Assembly: GCA_951804945.1 (NCBI GenBank)
Contig: OX638149.1
Span: 114,700,001-114,764,000 of the forward strand
From: Podarcis cretensis
Taxonomy: Eukaryota
Length of the DNA stretch: 64,000 nt
Reading direction: 5' to 3'
Part shown: positions 1 through 12,654 of the stretch, one piece after another
Layout of the letters: each line of letters opens with the position of its first letter
Position numbering within the stretch: the first letter of the stretch is position 1
The notes under the pieces: model-generated
What the model was told of the DNA's origin: nothing
What the model saw: the letters and a program-made list of their open reading frames with translations, nothing else
The model's database searches: none
Position numbers and translations under genes: made by a program

Positions 1-490
1 TGCTGGATTGCTGTACAGCACATAATAATATGTGAACTATAACAGTAGTTATCTTATATTGCTCTCTGTTGTATTCCCGAGCTCTTTGCATGCATGTCAC
101 TCTTTAGAAAAGATAAAATATGAAGGCCGGATCTTCTAAAAGTTAACTTTTGTGCCCTAAAGCAGAGTATTTGTACCATTACTCATCTATTAAGAAATAT
201 AGCAACTATGCAAAGGTGTATTTGCCTCAGTATTAGCTTACAGATGGATTTCGACATCCGGATTTGGGGATCAATATTTGAATAGGGATGTAAAAATTCA
301 GAAATAAAAACTTATGATTTAGAAGACAAAGCCTGTATCTACTTATGCAAATATTCATTTCAACTGTAGTAATTGGGATATGCAAATAGGCAATCAAATT
401 GATACAGACTTATCTGAGTTTAGGAATGGGTGAAACTGCAAAATATGATATACTATTTCTCCAACAGTTGTTTTCCTGCATCATTTTAAG

Positions 491-631
491 CAGTGCTTTT
501 TTCTGGGGGGACACAGGGGGATGCATACCCCTAAACATTTTGTGAATGTTTGGCCTCATTGAGGGGCAGTATTTCAATACGAGTTGGAAAATGAGAGTAC
601 CCCTAAACATTTTTTTAAGAAAAAAGCACTG
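491..631. mobile_element. hAT-type MITE
   Basis: Perfect 14-bp TIR CAGTGCTTTTTTCT...AGAAAAAAGCACTG. 8-bp TSD ATTTTAAG (483-490) / ATTTTATG (632-639), one mismatch. Confidence 0.85.
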
Positions 632-1116
632 ATTTTATGACATATTGATAACATTTAAAGGACTTCTTTTTAAAACAAAAGTTACACAAACAATGCTTTC
701 TCTATTTAAAAAACAAAGCAAACACCACCAAATTCCCTGGTTTTCCAAATCCAATGAAAAAGCTATATCGAGCAAAACATGCATTTCATTTTAAAATGGC
801 TGCCTTACAGATTTCTAGAATACTTTTACAACATTCATAAATGAAGCATTCCACACTAAGAAGCTGGTTTTTCTTTTTGGATCAGCTATACCCACTGTGT
901 GAAATTTCCTAAGCCTACAAGGTCCCCCATGTTGTCACATGCAGGAAATTATTACAGTACATTCAATATTTGCAGTAGCCATTGACTGGTAATTAAAAAG
1001 CTATCAGAAGCCTGCCTAATAATCTATTAAAGATGTTGCATGTTCCCCAAACTATCTCTGTTGGTACATCAAATGTTCCTTTTAAGGCACGTGCTACCAG
1101 CTCAAGAAGAGGAATA

Positions 1117-1341
1117 CAGTGGTACCTCGGGTTACAGATGCTTCAGGTTACAGATGCTTCAGGTTACAGACTCCACTAACTCAGAAATACTACCTCGGGT
1201 TAAGAACTTTGCTTCAGGATGAGAACAGAAATTGCACGACGACGGCGCAGGGGCAGCGGGTGGCCCCATTAGCTAAAGTTGTACCTCAGGTTAAGAACGG
1301 ACCTCCTTAATGAATTAAGTTCTTAACCTGAGGTACCACTG
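1117..1341. mobile_element. Tc1/mariner (Tigger/pogo-like) MITE, family A
   Basis: TIR CAGTGGTACCTCGGGTT...AACCTGAGGTACCACTG flanked by TA on both sides. Same family as 2667-3820, 30607-30848 and 56925-57165. Confidence 0.9.
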
Positions 1342-1489
1342 TATAGAAGTATATAATAATTCTTTGAAACTTGTAATAGTGGAGAGATGTTTACTATTGC
1401 CACTCTTGGAGCTCCAGCTCATGTCACCATCACAGTGTAGAAGCTGCTGCAGCATGGCTCCATCTCACACTGCAACATAAATGTCAGCA

Positions 1490-1693
1490 GGAACACGTGA
1501 ACACAGGAAGCCGTCTTCTCCTAAATCAGACGACTGGTCCATCTACCTCAGTATTGTCTACTGTAACTCACCGTGGTTCTCTAGGTTTTCAGGCAGGAAA
1601 CAAACTCAGCCCCACCTGGAGATTTCGGGGATTGAACCTGGGACTTTTTGTATGCAAGGCAAATTCTCTACTTCTGAGTTACAACCCTTCCCC
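1490..1693 (-). mobile_element. tRNA-derived SINE (squamate family with ...GCAGCTTCCTATGTTC-type tail), diverged
   Basis: Minus strand starts GGGGAAGGGTTGTAACTCAGAAGTAGAG...CCCAGGTTCAATCCCCG (degenerate A and B boxes). The body matches copies at ~23350, 25690, 31810, 32530 and 34710. Confidence 0.75.
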
Positions 1694-2666
1694 AGTAGCT
1701 TAGAGGGCCATTCCCTGCCTCCTCCCCCATCAGTGCCATGCCTCCCAGAAGCTAGAGCAGCCATGTTTTGGGACAGAGCCACATTGTGATGAACACACTC
1801 TATGAGGTTTTGAACCTCGTTGAAAGAGCCCTGGCAGATCCTTCACCAGAGCATGCCATGTCTGGTGTGGGTTATCCTTCTTAAAGCCTTCCAAGCATGC
1901 TATGCCTAGCATAGTTGCACCACACTATGCTGAGGACCAGCAGGGAGGAAGAAGAGGTTCCACCATAGTAGTATGGAACCCAACAACAAGTAGTCCTGTT
2001 TCAGGAAGTTTTTTTTACGTTTGATGACTTCTTATGTTTTCACATTTCCTGGAAGCTGCCAAGAGTGGCTTGGGAAACCCAGCCAGATGGACAGGGTATA
2101 AATAATAAAATTATAATTAACAGCTGATGGAGTACAGGATCCCCACCCTTACTTTAGAGAATGCCTAAGTGGCTGCACTCCCAGTAGGAAGAACTCTCCG
2201 CATGCATCTGTAGGTGTGTAGGAGGGGAAAGCTGCAACCCAACACCCACTTACTTAGGAGTAAGCCCTCTTCTCAGCTGCCTTGCTGAGAATAAATGTAT
2301 AGGCTCGCACTGTAAACCTTCTCAAACCAATTATCATAAAAAGAATAATGAGGGAAGCTTGTAGACTTCGACCTTTATGAATTCTGGTAAGAGCCGATGT
2401 GATCCATACCTCCAGGACTAATATGTAGATTGGAGCATAATTATACACCAGCTTTCACGCTTCTCAAATGTTTGAGCCATTGTAACACTGAGTTTTGGGG
2501 GTGAAAAGTAATTGAGAAATGCATAGAGGTGAGAAAACATAAAGCAAAAAAAATTCTGATGATGGACAGGATGGCTCGGTTAGAGTGTGACATTGTGTGC
2601 AGGATTGGCCAAGACGTTTGGGTGCCTGAAGGACAAGTTGTCTCCCCCCAACCCACATTCTAAGTA

Positions 2667-3820
2667 CAGTGCTACCTCGGGTTACAGACGCTTCAGGTTA
2701 CAGACTCACTAACCCAGAAATAGTACCTTGGGTTAAGAACTTTGCTTCAGGATGAGAACAGAAATTGTGCCATGGCAGCGGGAGGCCCCATTAGCTAAAG
2801 TGGTACCTCAGGTTAAGAACAGTTTCAGGTTAAGAACAGACCTCCAGAACGAATTAAGTTCTTAACCAGAGGTTTTGTTGTTGTTTAGTCATTTAGTCGT
2901 GTCCGACTCTTCATGACCCCATGGACCAGAGCACACCAGGCACTTCTGTCTTCCACTGCCTCCTGCAGTTTGGTCAAACTCATGCTGGTAGCTTCGAGAA
3001 CACTATCCAACCATCTCGTCCTCTGTCGTCCCCTTCTCCTTGTGCCCTCCATCTTTCCCAACATCAGGGTCTTTTCCAGGGAGTCTTCTCTTCTCATGAG
3101 GTGGCCAAAGTATTGGAGCCTCAGCTTCACGATCTGTCCTTCCAGTGAGCACTCAGGGCTGATTTCCTTAAGAATGGATAGGTTTGATCTTCTTGCAGTC
3201 CATGGGACTCTCAAGAGTCACCTCCAGCATCATAATTCAAAAGCATCAATTCTTCGGCGATCAGCCTTCTTTATGGTCCAGCTCTCACTTCCAATACATC
3301 ACTACTGGGAAAACCATAGCTTTCGCTATACGGACCTTTGTTGGCAAGGTGATGTCTCTGCTTTTTAGGATGCTGTCTAGGTTTGTCATCGCTTTTCTCC
3401 CAAGAAGCAGGCGTCTTTTAATTTCATGGCTGCTGTCACCATCTGCAGTGATCATGGACCCAAGAAAGTAAAATATCTCACTGCCTCTCTCACTGTCTCT
3501 TCCCCTTCTATTTGTCCAGGAGGTGATGGGCCCAGTGGCCATGATCTTTGTTTTTTTGATGTTGAGCTTCAGATCATATTTTGCACTCTCCTCTTTTGCG
3601 CTCATTAAAAGGTTATTTAATTCCTCCTCACTTTCTGCCATCAAGGTTGTGTCATCTGCATATCTGAGGTTGTTTATATTTCTTCCAGCAATCTTAATTC
3701 CGGCTTGAGATTCATCCAGCCCACCTTTCACATGATGAATTCTGCATATAAGTTAAATAAGCAGGGAGACAATATACAGCCTTGTCGTACTCCTTTCCCA
3801 ATTAACCAGAGGTACCACTG
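2667..3820. mobile_element. Tigger-like MITE family A, split by a BovB insertion
   Basis: TA|CAGTGCTACCTCGGGTT at 2667. The right TIR is interrupted at 2873 and resumes ...GAGGTACCACTG|TA, ending at 3820. Confidence 0.88.
2874..3801 (-). mobile_element. BovB (RTE clade) LINE, 5'-truncated, defective RT and C-terminus
   Basis: Peptides NINNLRYADDTTLMAESEEEL and RVPWTARRSNLSILKEISPECSLEGQIVKLRLQYFGHLMRR. (CAA)n tail. 12-bp TSD TTAACCAGAGGT (2862-2873 / 3802-3813). Frameshifts and stops present. Confidence 0.96.
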
Positions 3821-4259
3821 TATAAATCTAACAAGATAGGCAATTGAATTATTTCAACAGCAAAGATGAGACACCAACGTGTCATACCTAAGAGCAGGCA
3901 GCCGGCTTAGAAGACCCCAGAGGAATGACTGGGTCACTCCAATGCTGGGGGGGGGGTCACTTCCACCCCCAGCATTGGTCACCTGAATCAGCTGCCTCAC
4001 TCTGCCAAATCCTGATCTTGTGGATTTCCCCTGGAGGAATGACTTGCTGCCTTAGCTTAATAGCAGTGACTGCCAGGTATCACCCAGTCTCCTAAGAATA
4101 TGCTTGGGTCAATGATGCTATTATATGATGCAGTGATTAATGATGCTTATTCCCCACAACCACCTTTCCCCTTTCTGATTCTTCTTGTACTCACAGAAGT
4201 GGTTTTTCTTCCTTTCCCTCATTTCCCCCATTTATACACAAATTATTCACTTGGTAATT

Positions 4260-5353
4260 ATTATTTTTTAATCAAACCTTTTAATGGCATCACATACAAA
4301 CATCCATAGCAAATCAATACAGAATTCCCGCCTTCCCAGTGACACAAAACATTTGATAAATGAAAGAGGCAAAGCAAAGCTTTTTGATCAAGTAAAGTAA
4401 TCTAGGTTCTAGGCCCATTGTCTCCAATTTGGACCATAACAGCCCCCTGTTGACAGTGTCAAAAGCAGCCTTGATATCAAGGAAGGCCACATAAAGACAT
4501 TCTTTATGAAGTTGTGTGTACTTAGTGGCTAAATGAGATAACACCAAACAGTTGCATAAAGTAGATTTCCCTGGCCTGAACCCTGCCTGCTCTGGACCTG
4601 TGATGTTATTCTCATCAAGCCAAGTTAGTTTATTTAACAGATGTTTAGCATACAATTTCCCGATGTTTGACAGTAGACTTATTGGCCGATAAATGGATGG
4701 CAGCTTTTTGTCACCCTTTTTAAAGATAAATATAGATTGCTGCCATGAGTTAGGTATGATACCAGATCTATCTATCATAGTGAATAGTTCCACTAGTATC
4801 GGAGCCCACTACTCTGGCTTGGCTTTGATCAGTTCAGATGGAATAGCATCAGGGTTGGCAGCATTTCCTGCTTTCATCTGGTCAATTAAAGTTTTAACTT
4901 TGGTGATGGAGACAGGGGGCCACTGATCCTCGAAAGTAAAAGTGGTATGGTCTTGACTATCAGGTGGAATACAGTCATCGAAGAAAACTGCCTTAAAATG
5001 CTCTACCCATGACAAAGATGGAATCAATGTCAGCGAATCATCCTGTGTCTGTGGGGAGTCTGCTACAGCCTTCCAAAATTTCTTACGATCTTTCGTTAGG
5101 ATGGCTGAGAATCCCAGCGTGCCTGATTATATCTTATCTGGCTGAGCTGGATAGGTTCCCATCTCTCTGAACTCTCTATAGATTCTCCTAATCTCGGTTT
5201 TAATTACTATGTTTTCTTTGTTAGTCCAATTGCCAATCCCCCTCTTCTTAGGTGGCCTGTGCGAGTATAAAAGGGACAGTTCAGTTGTTAAAGTGTCAAT
5301 AAGTTCCTCAAACTGAGAGACTCCAACAACAGGGGAAAGTTCACCTTTCTCTA
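4260..5353 (-). mobile_element. Degenerate non-LTR retrotransposon (RTE-like, clade uncertain), N-terminal half of RT, internally deleted
   Basis: Peptides KAGNAANPDAIPSELIK, YRPISLLSNIGKLYAK, EQAGFRPGKST and YVAFLDIKAAFDTVNR. RT similarity stops near 4376. Candidate TSD CACTTGGTAATT (4248-4259) / CATTTGGTAATT (5354-5365). Boundaries are less certain than the RT call. Confidence 0.8.
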
Positions 5354-5371
5354 CATTTGGTAATTGAGGTA

Positions 5372-5372
5372 A

Positions 5373-5401
<29 letters not shown>
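5372..5401. repeat. (GAT)n microsatellite
   Basis: Direct reading. Confidence 0.95.
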
Positions 5402-5404
<3 letters not shown>

Positions 5405-6620
5405 GCATCATTTCATAATGATAGGTGGCCAAGCAGGATCTCCATGTGACTGTTAGAAGTCACTCTGCTTTTATAAGGCTTTCAAAGTAACAATGGAAGA
5501 AATTTCATTTATGGAATGAGAAAGATTCCTGGACACTTAACTTTATAGTAGTGAGCTAACTATGCTTAAACCCATCAAAATAATTGGGCTTAGTATTCAG
5601 ATAACTGCATGTAAAAAAGAAAAGATGCATTTTAAGTAGCCTAATGCAAACTGTCACAAGCAAAACTTTTAAAAGGAGAAAGCACACACAGTGAATTGAG
5701 GGTTCCCCTTAATTCTGGTTGCCGAATGAAATGGTCTCAACAATGCCATATGGTGGTTACAAATGCATAGCCTAATCACATTTTTATTTAAGTTAAATAT
5801 TTGGATTTGGGTCCATTTAGTCAATGGAACCAACTCAGTCTAAAAAATAATAAACATTTTGGTCTACGTGGTTTGTGGATTGTAAATGTTCACCTATGAT
5901 TTTAAGAAAGCATTTGGTCATTAAGTCCTATTGATTTAAGTAAGAGATGAAGGAATCAATGAGACTTAATTCCAAGTGTATTAGAACAAAAATGGTATTA
6001 TATTTAGTTGTGAGGTTCGCACAGTCGTTTATTAATGGTTTGTACATCTTCATTTCTAGGAACTCACCCAAGCCTGCTGTCACACACAGACCCCATCTTG
6101 TTTCTCAGCCTTTTTGGATACAGTCTATCGACACTCAACTACTTGAGTTTAGAGGAAACAATGGTGATGATAGGCAGATTTCATATTAGAGTTAATGATC
6201 ACTAACATTCTGTTGTACACAAGGCATTTCAAAATAGCAAAATCTCTAGTTCCCTGGGTTAATTAAAAAATATACTGGCATTTTCAAAACTTTGATTTTG
6301 ACAGTTGGGCCAAATAAAGAAGTAGATGCACTAAACCATCCACAGAGCTTTTATTAATGAGATTGCTGCTATTAATAATATCACTAGTCAAATGTATATA
6401 CTACTGTTCCTTCAAAGCCCAAGTTAACACGACAGACTGAATCTTTTATATTTCATATGTCAATATGTAGTAATAATGCCAGCAGATTTGGGAGTAAAGT
6501 ATGTTCATATAGGAAGATGTCTTGCTTTATTCGTTTAAAATTTTTAAATAAATATTTGTACAGCTCACCCTTCATCTGTACAAACAGCAGCACAGGATGC
6601 AAAACAAACAAAACCATACA

Positions 6621-6650
<30 letters not shown>
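6621..6650. repeat. (ATG)n microsatellite
   Basis: Direct reading. It explains the poly-His and poly-Ile ORF artefacts. Confidence 0.95.
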
Positions 6651-6652
<2 letters not shown>

Positions 6653-7124
6653 TAAATAACATGAGCTCTCATAAGATAAATGACTGGCTTTTGAGCTAAG
6701 ATTATTTGGAATCACTGGCAATAAACAGGTGATTCCCACCCACCAATGTAGGGGTGGAAAAGTGCTGATTGCCAAAATGTCTTCTTCTGCTGCTTGACTA
6801 TTAAGGAAACATGACCCTGGTTTCCTTTTAACATTGAGCCACCCTAGCCTCTCCCCTTGCAATTCATCACATGTTTGTGGTCACTTTCCTCTTCAGCTAT
6901 TTCATTTTGTAAACGGCTTGGAAAGCTCCTGGCCACAAAGATGAAAATAAGCTCATGCTTTCTGGAAACCTAACAGAGTTGGCATTAATTTCCCAACCCA
7001 AAGTATCTTTTCCTCTTCCCAGAATCAGAATCATCAATTACAGCCCTTAGATTTCTCTCTCTCTCTCCTCTCCAGAAGGATTCCTACAGTTATCACCATT
7101 TGAAACATGGTAAGGTATGGGGAG

Positions 7125-7763
7125 GGGACGTGGGTGGCGCTGTGGGTTAAACCACAGAGCCTAAGGCTTGCCGATCAGAAGGTCAGTGGTTCGAATCCCC
7201 ACGATGGGGTGATCTCCCGTTTCTCGGTCCCTGCTCGAGAGCCAGTGTGGTGTAGTGGTTAAGAGTGGTAGTCTCCTAATCTGGGGAACCGGGTTCGCGT
7301 CTCCGCTCCTCCACATGCAGCTGCTGGGTGACCTTGGGCCAGTCACACTTCTTTGAAGTCTCTCAGCCCCGCTCACCTCACAGAGTGTTTGTTGTGGGGG
7401 AGGAAGGGAAAGGAGAATGTTAGCCGCTTTGAGACTCCTTAAAGGGAGTGAAAGGCGGGATATCAAATCCAAACTACTCTTCTTCTTCTTCTTCTTCTTC
7501 TTCTTCTTCTTCTTCTTCTTCTTCTTCTCCTGCCAACCTAGCACTTCGAAAGCACATCAAAGTGCAAGTAGATAAATAGGTACCTCTCTGGCGGGAAGGT
7601 AAACAGCATTTCTGTGCGCTGCTCTGGTTCGCCAGAAGCGGCTTAGTCATGCTGGCCAGCTCCTTCGATCAATAAAGCGAGATGAGCGCCACAACCCCAG
7701 AGTTGGCCACTACTGGACCTAATGGTCAAGGGTCCTAATAGTCAGGTAATGGTGCTTTACCTT
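7125..7763 (+). mobile_element. Sauria SINE, interrupted by a younger SINE
   Basis: Head GGGACGTGGGTGGCGCTGTGG...GGTTCGAATCCC, body GTGCAAGTAGATAAATAGGTACC, (ACCTTT) tail. 14-bp TSD TAAGGTATGGGGAG (7111-7124 / 7764-7777). Confidence 0.92.
7237..7526 (+). mobile_element. CORE/Ther1(MIR)-derived SINE with (CTT)n tail (Squam3-like), young
   Basis: tRNA head GCCAGTGTGGTGTAGTGGTTAAGAG...GGGTTCGCG, CORE motif GTGACCTTGGGCCAGTCAC, long (CTT)n tail. Inserted at CTC inside the Sauria SINE. Confidence 0.88.
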
Positions 7764-7967
7764 TAAGGTATGGGGAGAGTTTTTCACATCCCTAAATGTG
7801 TACATGAGGCTGGTGACCTCTTTCACATGGATGCAATGGCCCCTTGTGAGAAGATAAATAAGGAAGAGGAAGTAAGGAAACTTCTTATTCTTATTATCAG
7901 AAGTTCAGTAGAGAGTCCTATAACTTGCAACACAGGGGCAAACAACACAGTGACAAACTATTAGCTG

Positions 7968-8325
7968 CAGAGGTGCCAGCTTGCAAGGGTGATGGGGTGG
8001 CAACGCCGTGCGTGTGATGTCACACATCCCGATGTCACACACATCAGGACATTGGGAGGAGCCAGGGGCAGAGTCAAACATGGCAGCCACATGGTATCAA
8101 TGGCTGGCAGCTCCTCCTTCACCTTGTCCTGGCATTGCCACTGGCGGGAGGCAGTTTCAACCCTCCTTCCCATCTGTGACAGGAGGAGGATGAGAAGGAG
8201 CTGGCCACTGGAGCCATGCCATGCTCAGCTCCGCACTTCACCTCCATGCTTTCAAATGTTGGGCAGGCTGGCTCCCACCCTAGAAATATTGGGAGCCCCC
8301 AAAGGGCTCAGTCCTAAGGCTCCTG
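7968..8325. mobile_element. hAT-type non-autonomous DNA transposon (GC-rich family), old
   Basis: CAG...CTG ends. 8-bp TSD ATTAGCTG (7960-7967) / ATTAGCTA (8326-8333). Colinear with 10290-10654. Confidence 0.72.
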
Positions 8326-8789
8326 ATTAGCTATCATTGACAATGTCCTGGCTTAATGAAAACATGTTCTCTGTAACAGGAGCACAGGACACTGGATGAA
8401 TGAGAAGCAGGTGAGACTCAATTTAAAACCAAACCCAAAACCTGCTGCAGCACTTGTTTCAGAAGCCTTTCAGGATGAAATCATTTTGCCGTGGTGCTCT
8501 TATCAGAACAATGCTTTTAGAATGGAATGAATTTTCATTTCATATGTTTCCTTGTAAAATGCTCAGTCCTTTCCCTCTTTAAACATGCTTATCTAGTAGT
8601 GATAAGATATGCAAATATCCCAGCAGAAATCAGTCAAATTGTGGGAAGGAATGCGTCACCCCAAACACAAGTATTTATTTGCTTTGTAAATGAAGAGAGA
8701 TATTCAGGGTAAGGGATGGCTTCAAATAAAACTCCACTCCCTTCTTTAACACTGCAATTTTAATAAACCAAACAGGTTCGTGATATATG

Positions 8790-8925
8790 CAAAAACAACA
8801 AGGAGACTTGTGGCACCTCAAAGATGCAAGATACATGAATCAATGTATGAGCATCTGCAGACTACAATCTACTTCATCAGATACGTGAAGTTTTACTCTG
8901 AGTTGCAAGTATATGCAGACTTCTT
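8790..8925 (-). mobile_element. Penelope-like element terminal-repeat remnant with decayed hammerhead core
   Basis: Minus strand reads GTAT-CTGATGA-AGTAGATTGTAGTCTGC-AGAT-GCTC-ATAC. The upstream TGTGGCACCT...AAGA motif resembles the PLE end at 12489. Confidence 0.55.
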
Positions 8926-10289
8926 TGGGTGGGGAGTTGTAAACGGTGAGCTGTCAAAAAACAACCCCAAAACGGCCCTGGAATCATTTTATAAGCTCCC
9001 TCAAATACTTTATTGGAGGGGCCAAATATACCGTAACACCTAGGAGTTGGCTCCTACGATGAGCATTACGTTAATTGTATTGAAATAGAAGATGCAGATT
9101 CGTTGTCATCTTCAAGCTCATGAAACATTTACATTGCAACCTGTAGCGCTGGGTATGTTGCCTGTCCCTGGATCTCTCTGGCCTCTTTTCCCCGACTGTT
9201 TTTGCATCTTCTGTTACTAAGTTATCCTTGGAGAGGGTTGGCTTTCAGAGCAGATGCCTAATGTGTCAAAATCTTCCCTTTCCTGCCGTGAGTGATGTTA
9301 AAGTGTTCTGAACATGTCTCCACAGCACAGCTTCTTCCTCTCATAATCTGCTGGCTGGTATTCCAAGAGTCAGCCCAAGTTCATTAGCCTCTGACATGCA
9401 AATTACCAATCAATGTGTGTTGTGGAGCGGGGGAGGGGGACACGCAACACAGCAGAATTTTATTTTAAAAGTACAGTGTTTTGGGTTGTTTTTTTTTAAA
9501 AAAAAAGTGTTGAAGTTATTATAAACTAGCTAGGAAAACCAGGCTGGCCTCAACTTTTAAATTTCTCCCTGCCCTAATCTTTCAGCTGGGAAGAAAATAC
9601 ATAAATAAATAACTGTTGGGCCAAATTTATTTTATTCTCCATCTCACAAAGGCAAATGAGATTTGGCTCAAGAGAAAATGTGCAAAAGAAGGTTCATGAC
9701 TCCCAGTATGTTTGCTTGCTTTGGTGTGAAGGGTTAAGTAAAATAATAATGATAACAATGTTGAAATTTTCTCAAGTGGATTGACATTCTTCAACTGGGA
9801 TTGCCGCTAGCTGCACAGCAAGCCTAATATTCAAATCCCACATTCCACCTTGTACATAAAGAAAAGCATCCTAGTGGGATAATAATTCTTTAGCAATCAA
9901 TTGATTGCACATAGTTGCTGTTTTTCCAGGTATGTGCCTCTTTAAGTAGATTGCAAAATAAGCAAATAATAGCCTTCATACATACAGATTATGTGCATTT
10001 TCAAGAAAACATGGACACTGAGACAGTTTAGTGCTGGCTTTGGATTCACAGGATAAAATATGGCAAATAAAATATCCCCAAATGGACAATTACTCAGGAA
10101 GGCTCTTATGAATGAGTTACAACGAGTCCACATTGCCATTAATTGTATGCACATCTACTGGAACAGACCCAACCTGCAACAGACCAGACCTGCATCTTTT
10201 AGGCACCAAGGCAAACACAGCCCACCAGTGGAGACTTCGTCTTTGCAGTACCACACAATACATTTATCGAGCCTATGATGGACCTCAAT

Positions 10290-10654
10290 CAGAGGCGCCA
10301 ACTTAAGAGGGTGATTCGGGGGCCAACATCACACATGTGATGTTGCACGCTCCGACATTGTGCATGTGGCGTCAGGACGTTGGGAGAAGCTGGGGTGGAG
10401 CAGAACACAGTGGCCATTCAGCTTCAATGGCCAGCAGCTCCACTTCTGCCACCTCCTCACATCATCACCGGTGGGGAACTGATTCAACCTTTCTTCCCCT
10501 CTGCAGCAGGATGAGGAGGAGCTGGCCAATGGAACTGCACCACACTCGGTTTCATGCTTCACCACCATGCTTTTTTGACATGGAAGAGGTGACCCTCATC
10601 CTAAAAATATGGGGGGGGGCAAAAGTGCTTAGCCCCCAGATGCTGGCACCCCTG
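10290..10654. mobile_element. hAT-type non-autonomous element, same family as 7968-8325
   Basis: TIR CAGAGGCGCCAAC...GCTGGCACCCCTG. Shared internal blocks (GGATGAGGAGGAGCTGGCCA, CCATGCTTT). TSD eroded. Confidence 0.68.
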
Positions 10655-11170
10655 ACATCAGCATATGGTTAGTTGGACTCTTCTTGACATAGAAAATCAC
10701 AAGTTGTAGAGAACTGAAACAGACCGAAATACCTCTGCCAAACTAGCTTGGTTAAATACAACCTGCATTTGAAATTCATACAGGATGGGAGGGGGGGGGG
10801 GTTGGTGAGGAAGGAAGACACAGTCAGCAACAGATCTGTGTTCCAAGAGAAAGTGATTAGGTAGGTTTCTTTATTTAATAATATAATGCCCCCTGCTGCG
10901 CAGGCATCTCCAGACAGTGCACAACAAATAATACAATATTATACAAACAAACAAACAAACAAACCCCACAACCCAACTGTAATCATCAACTACAATAAAT
11001 ATCAAACATGCAGTCAAAAAATCCTTAAAGTTCTACAGTGGCAGTGATCAATAATCAGTAAAAGCCAAAGTGAGCATTTTTTTCCAGCATGTGCTAAAAT
11101 TGCACTAATGTTGATTATTCCTGGGGTAACACTATTCCAGGGTGTGGGTGCTATCACAGCAAAGGTTACT

Positions 11171-11543
11171 GGGTTTTGCCTCATATTCCTTCACACTTTA
11201 ATGGGAAAACCCATGAGTTCTCTTGATAGCAGCTCTGATGCAATTTTTTGATTTCTATCAGAAACTGATACAAATGGAGCAAAGTACCCCTTCTATAAGG
11301 AAAACGTAATATTTCCAGATATTGTGCATTCAGTTTCTTTGTTTCCTTTATTTTAAGAACTGAAGAAACCAGACTTTTATCCCAGTACTTTCTTTCAGTA
11401 TATTTCTTTCAGTCTATTTATTTAGCTGATGAGAATTTCTGATAGGAATCACACGATGGCATCAGAACCACTGTAAAGAGAAGTCAGGCTCTCTCTCCCC
11501 CACCCCACCCCCATTAAAGAGTGAGGGACATGAAATGAAACCC
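11171..11543. mobile_element. Old foldback / long-TIR MITE
   Basis: The left ~100 bp (GGGTTTTGCCTCATATTCCTTCACACTTTAATGGG...GATTTCTATCAGAAA) is a diverged reverse complement of the right arm (TTTCTGATAGGAATC...CCCATTAAAGAGTGAGGGACATGAAATGAAACCC). Confidence 0.6.
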
Positions 11544-12488
11544 ACTAGGTTTGTTTTTAATTATAAGTACCTGCATGCATGAGTAGCTGTCATAACTTCA
11601 AAGAAAATTCATGGCTGTGAAATAGGTTGCAGGAGTTTACCTTGAGGGTATGCTAATGCTGCTGCAGGGCTTGTTTTCAAGGCAAAAGGCGATTTTTAAA
11701 ATCAAATTTTATTTACACTGTGTTACTTCTTATCCAAGAACAACACAGATGCTGGCACAATACCCAGTAAAAACTCAGATATCTTCAGTTTCATTTATCC
11801 AGGATTCTGAGTTATTCTGATTCTGTAGTGTAGTGATGGAAACCAGTGAACTGAAGCAGTCAATAGTAACTATGCAGGTTGGAAGTTTGATGGGGGGGGC
11901 GGAGACCAATGGTGAGCTTCAGATGACTTAATGACCCATGGTGAACGATACTGGAAGCCAGGCTTGAAAATAAAGGGCCCCAGAGAATTGTGAGTCCAGC
12001 CTTCAAAAACCCATGCACCAGTCATGTCTTATACTGCACAGCTATATGGTTCCCCACCCTGGCATAGAAGGATGGTGATAATTTTACATCTAAAGCTGTA
12101 TTGTGAAAAGAGCTAGATTTCCTATCAGACTCCTGTACTGTCCTGGGGAGGGACAGTATGATAGTGACAGACAGGATCATGCAAAGCTTGTCTGAGGCCT
12201 GAGGTCTTGTTAGAATAAAGTTATAAACTCAAAAAGAAAAGAAAAAAGCAGCTAGTCCACCTGCTGGATTAGCCTTCTGAGGCCCAGGGCAGGTATACCT
12301 GGATGCCCCACCTCTGCAAGGGCCATTGGAAGGATCCAGGGCAGCTATTCATAGTTTGTTTGTTTGTTTATTTATTTGTTTCATTCATTCATATATCACT
12401 CTTCCTCCAAAGAGCTTGGGGTGTGTTTGTGTTGATGAGCCATTTGTGTTGATGAGTCTTCATTCAGAACATCAACCCTTTGAGGAAG

Positions 12489-12654
12489 TTACAGATAGGT
12501 AGCGGTGTTGGTCTGCCATAGTCAAAACAAAATAAAAAAATTCCTTCCAGTAGCACCTTAAAGAACAACTAAGTTAGTTCTTGGTGACTTAGTTGGTAAC
12601 TAACTTAGTTGGTCTTTAAGGTGCTACTGGAAGGATTTTTTTTATTTTGTTTTG
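12489..12654. mobile_element. Penelope-like element (PLE) remnant, inverted terminal-repeat palindrome
   Basis: TTACAGATAGGTAGCGGTGTTGGTCTG start typical of reptile PLE ends. 57-bp inverted arms 12523-12579 / 12598-12654 with 2 mismatches. TSD CCTTTGAGGAAG (12477-12488 / 12655-12666). Confidence 0.8.

Noticed and set aside
1117-1341. Recurring GCTTCAGGTTACAGA / GGTTAAGAAC motifs as a CRISPR-like array
   Set aside because: They are internal repeats of a TA-flanked MITE, with no constant-length unique spacers, in a vertebrate genome.
2913-3368. 151-aa + strand ORF, also seen as the 171-aa ORF at 50334-50849 (-)
   Set aside because: It is the antisense frame of the BovB 3' region. It recurs only because the LINE does.
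6453-7544. Poly-His, poly-Ile and poly-Lys ORFs (also at 36034-36345 and 61491-61729)
   Set aside because: Translations of microsatellites and SINE tails.
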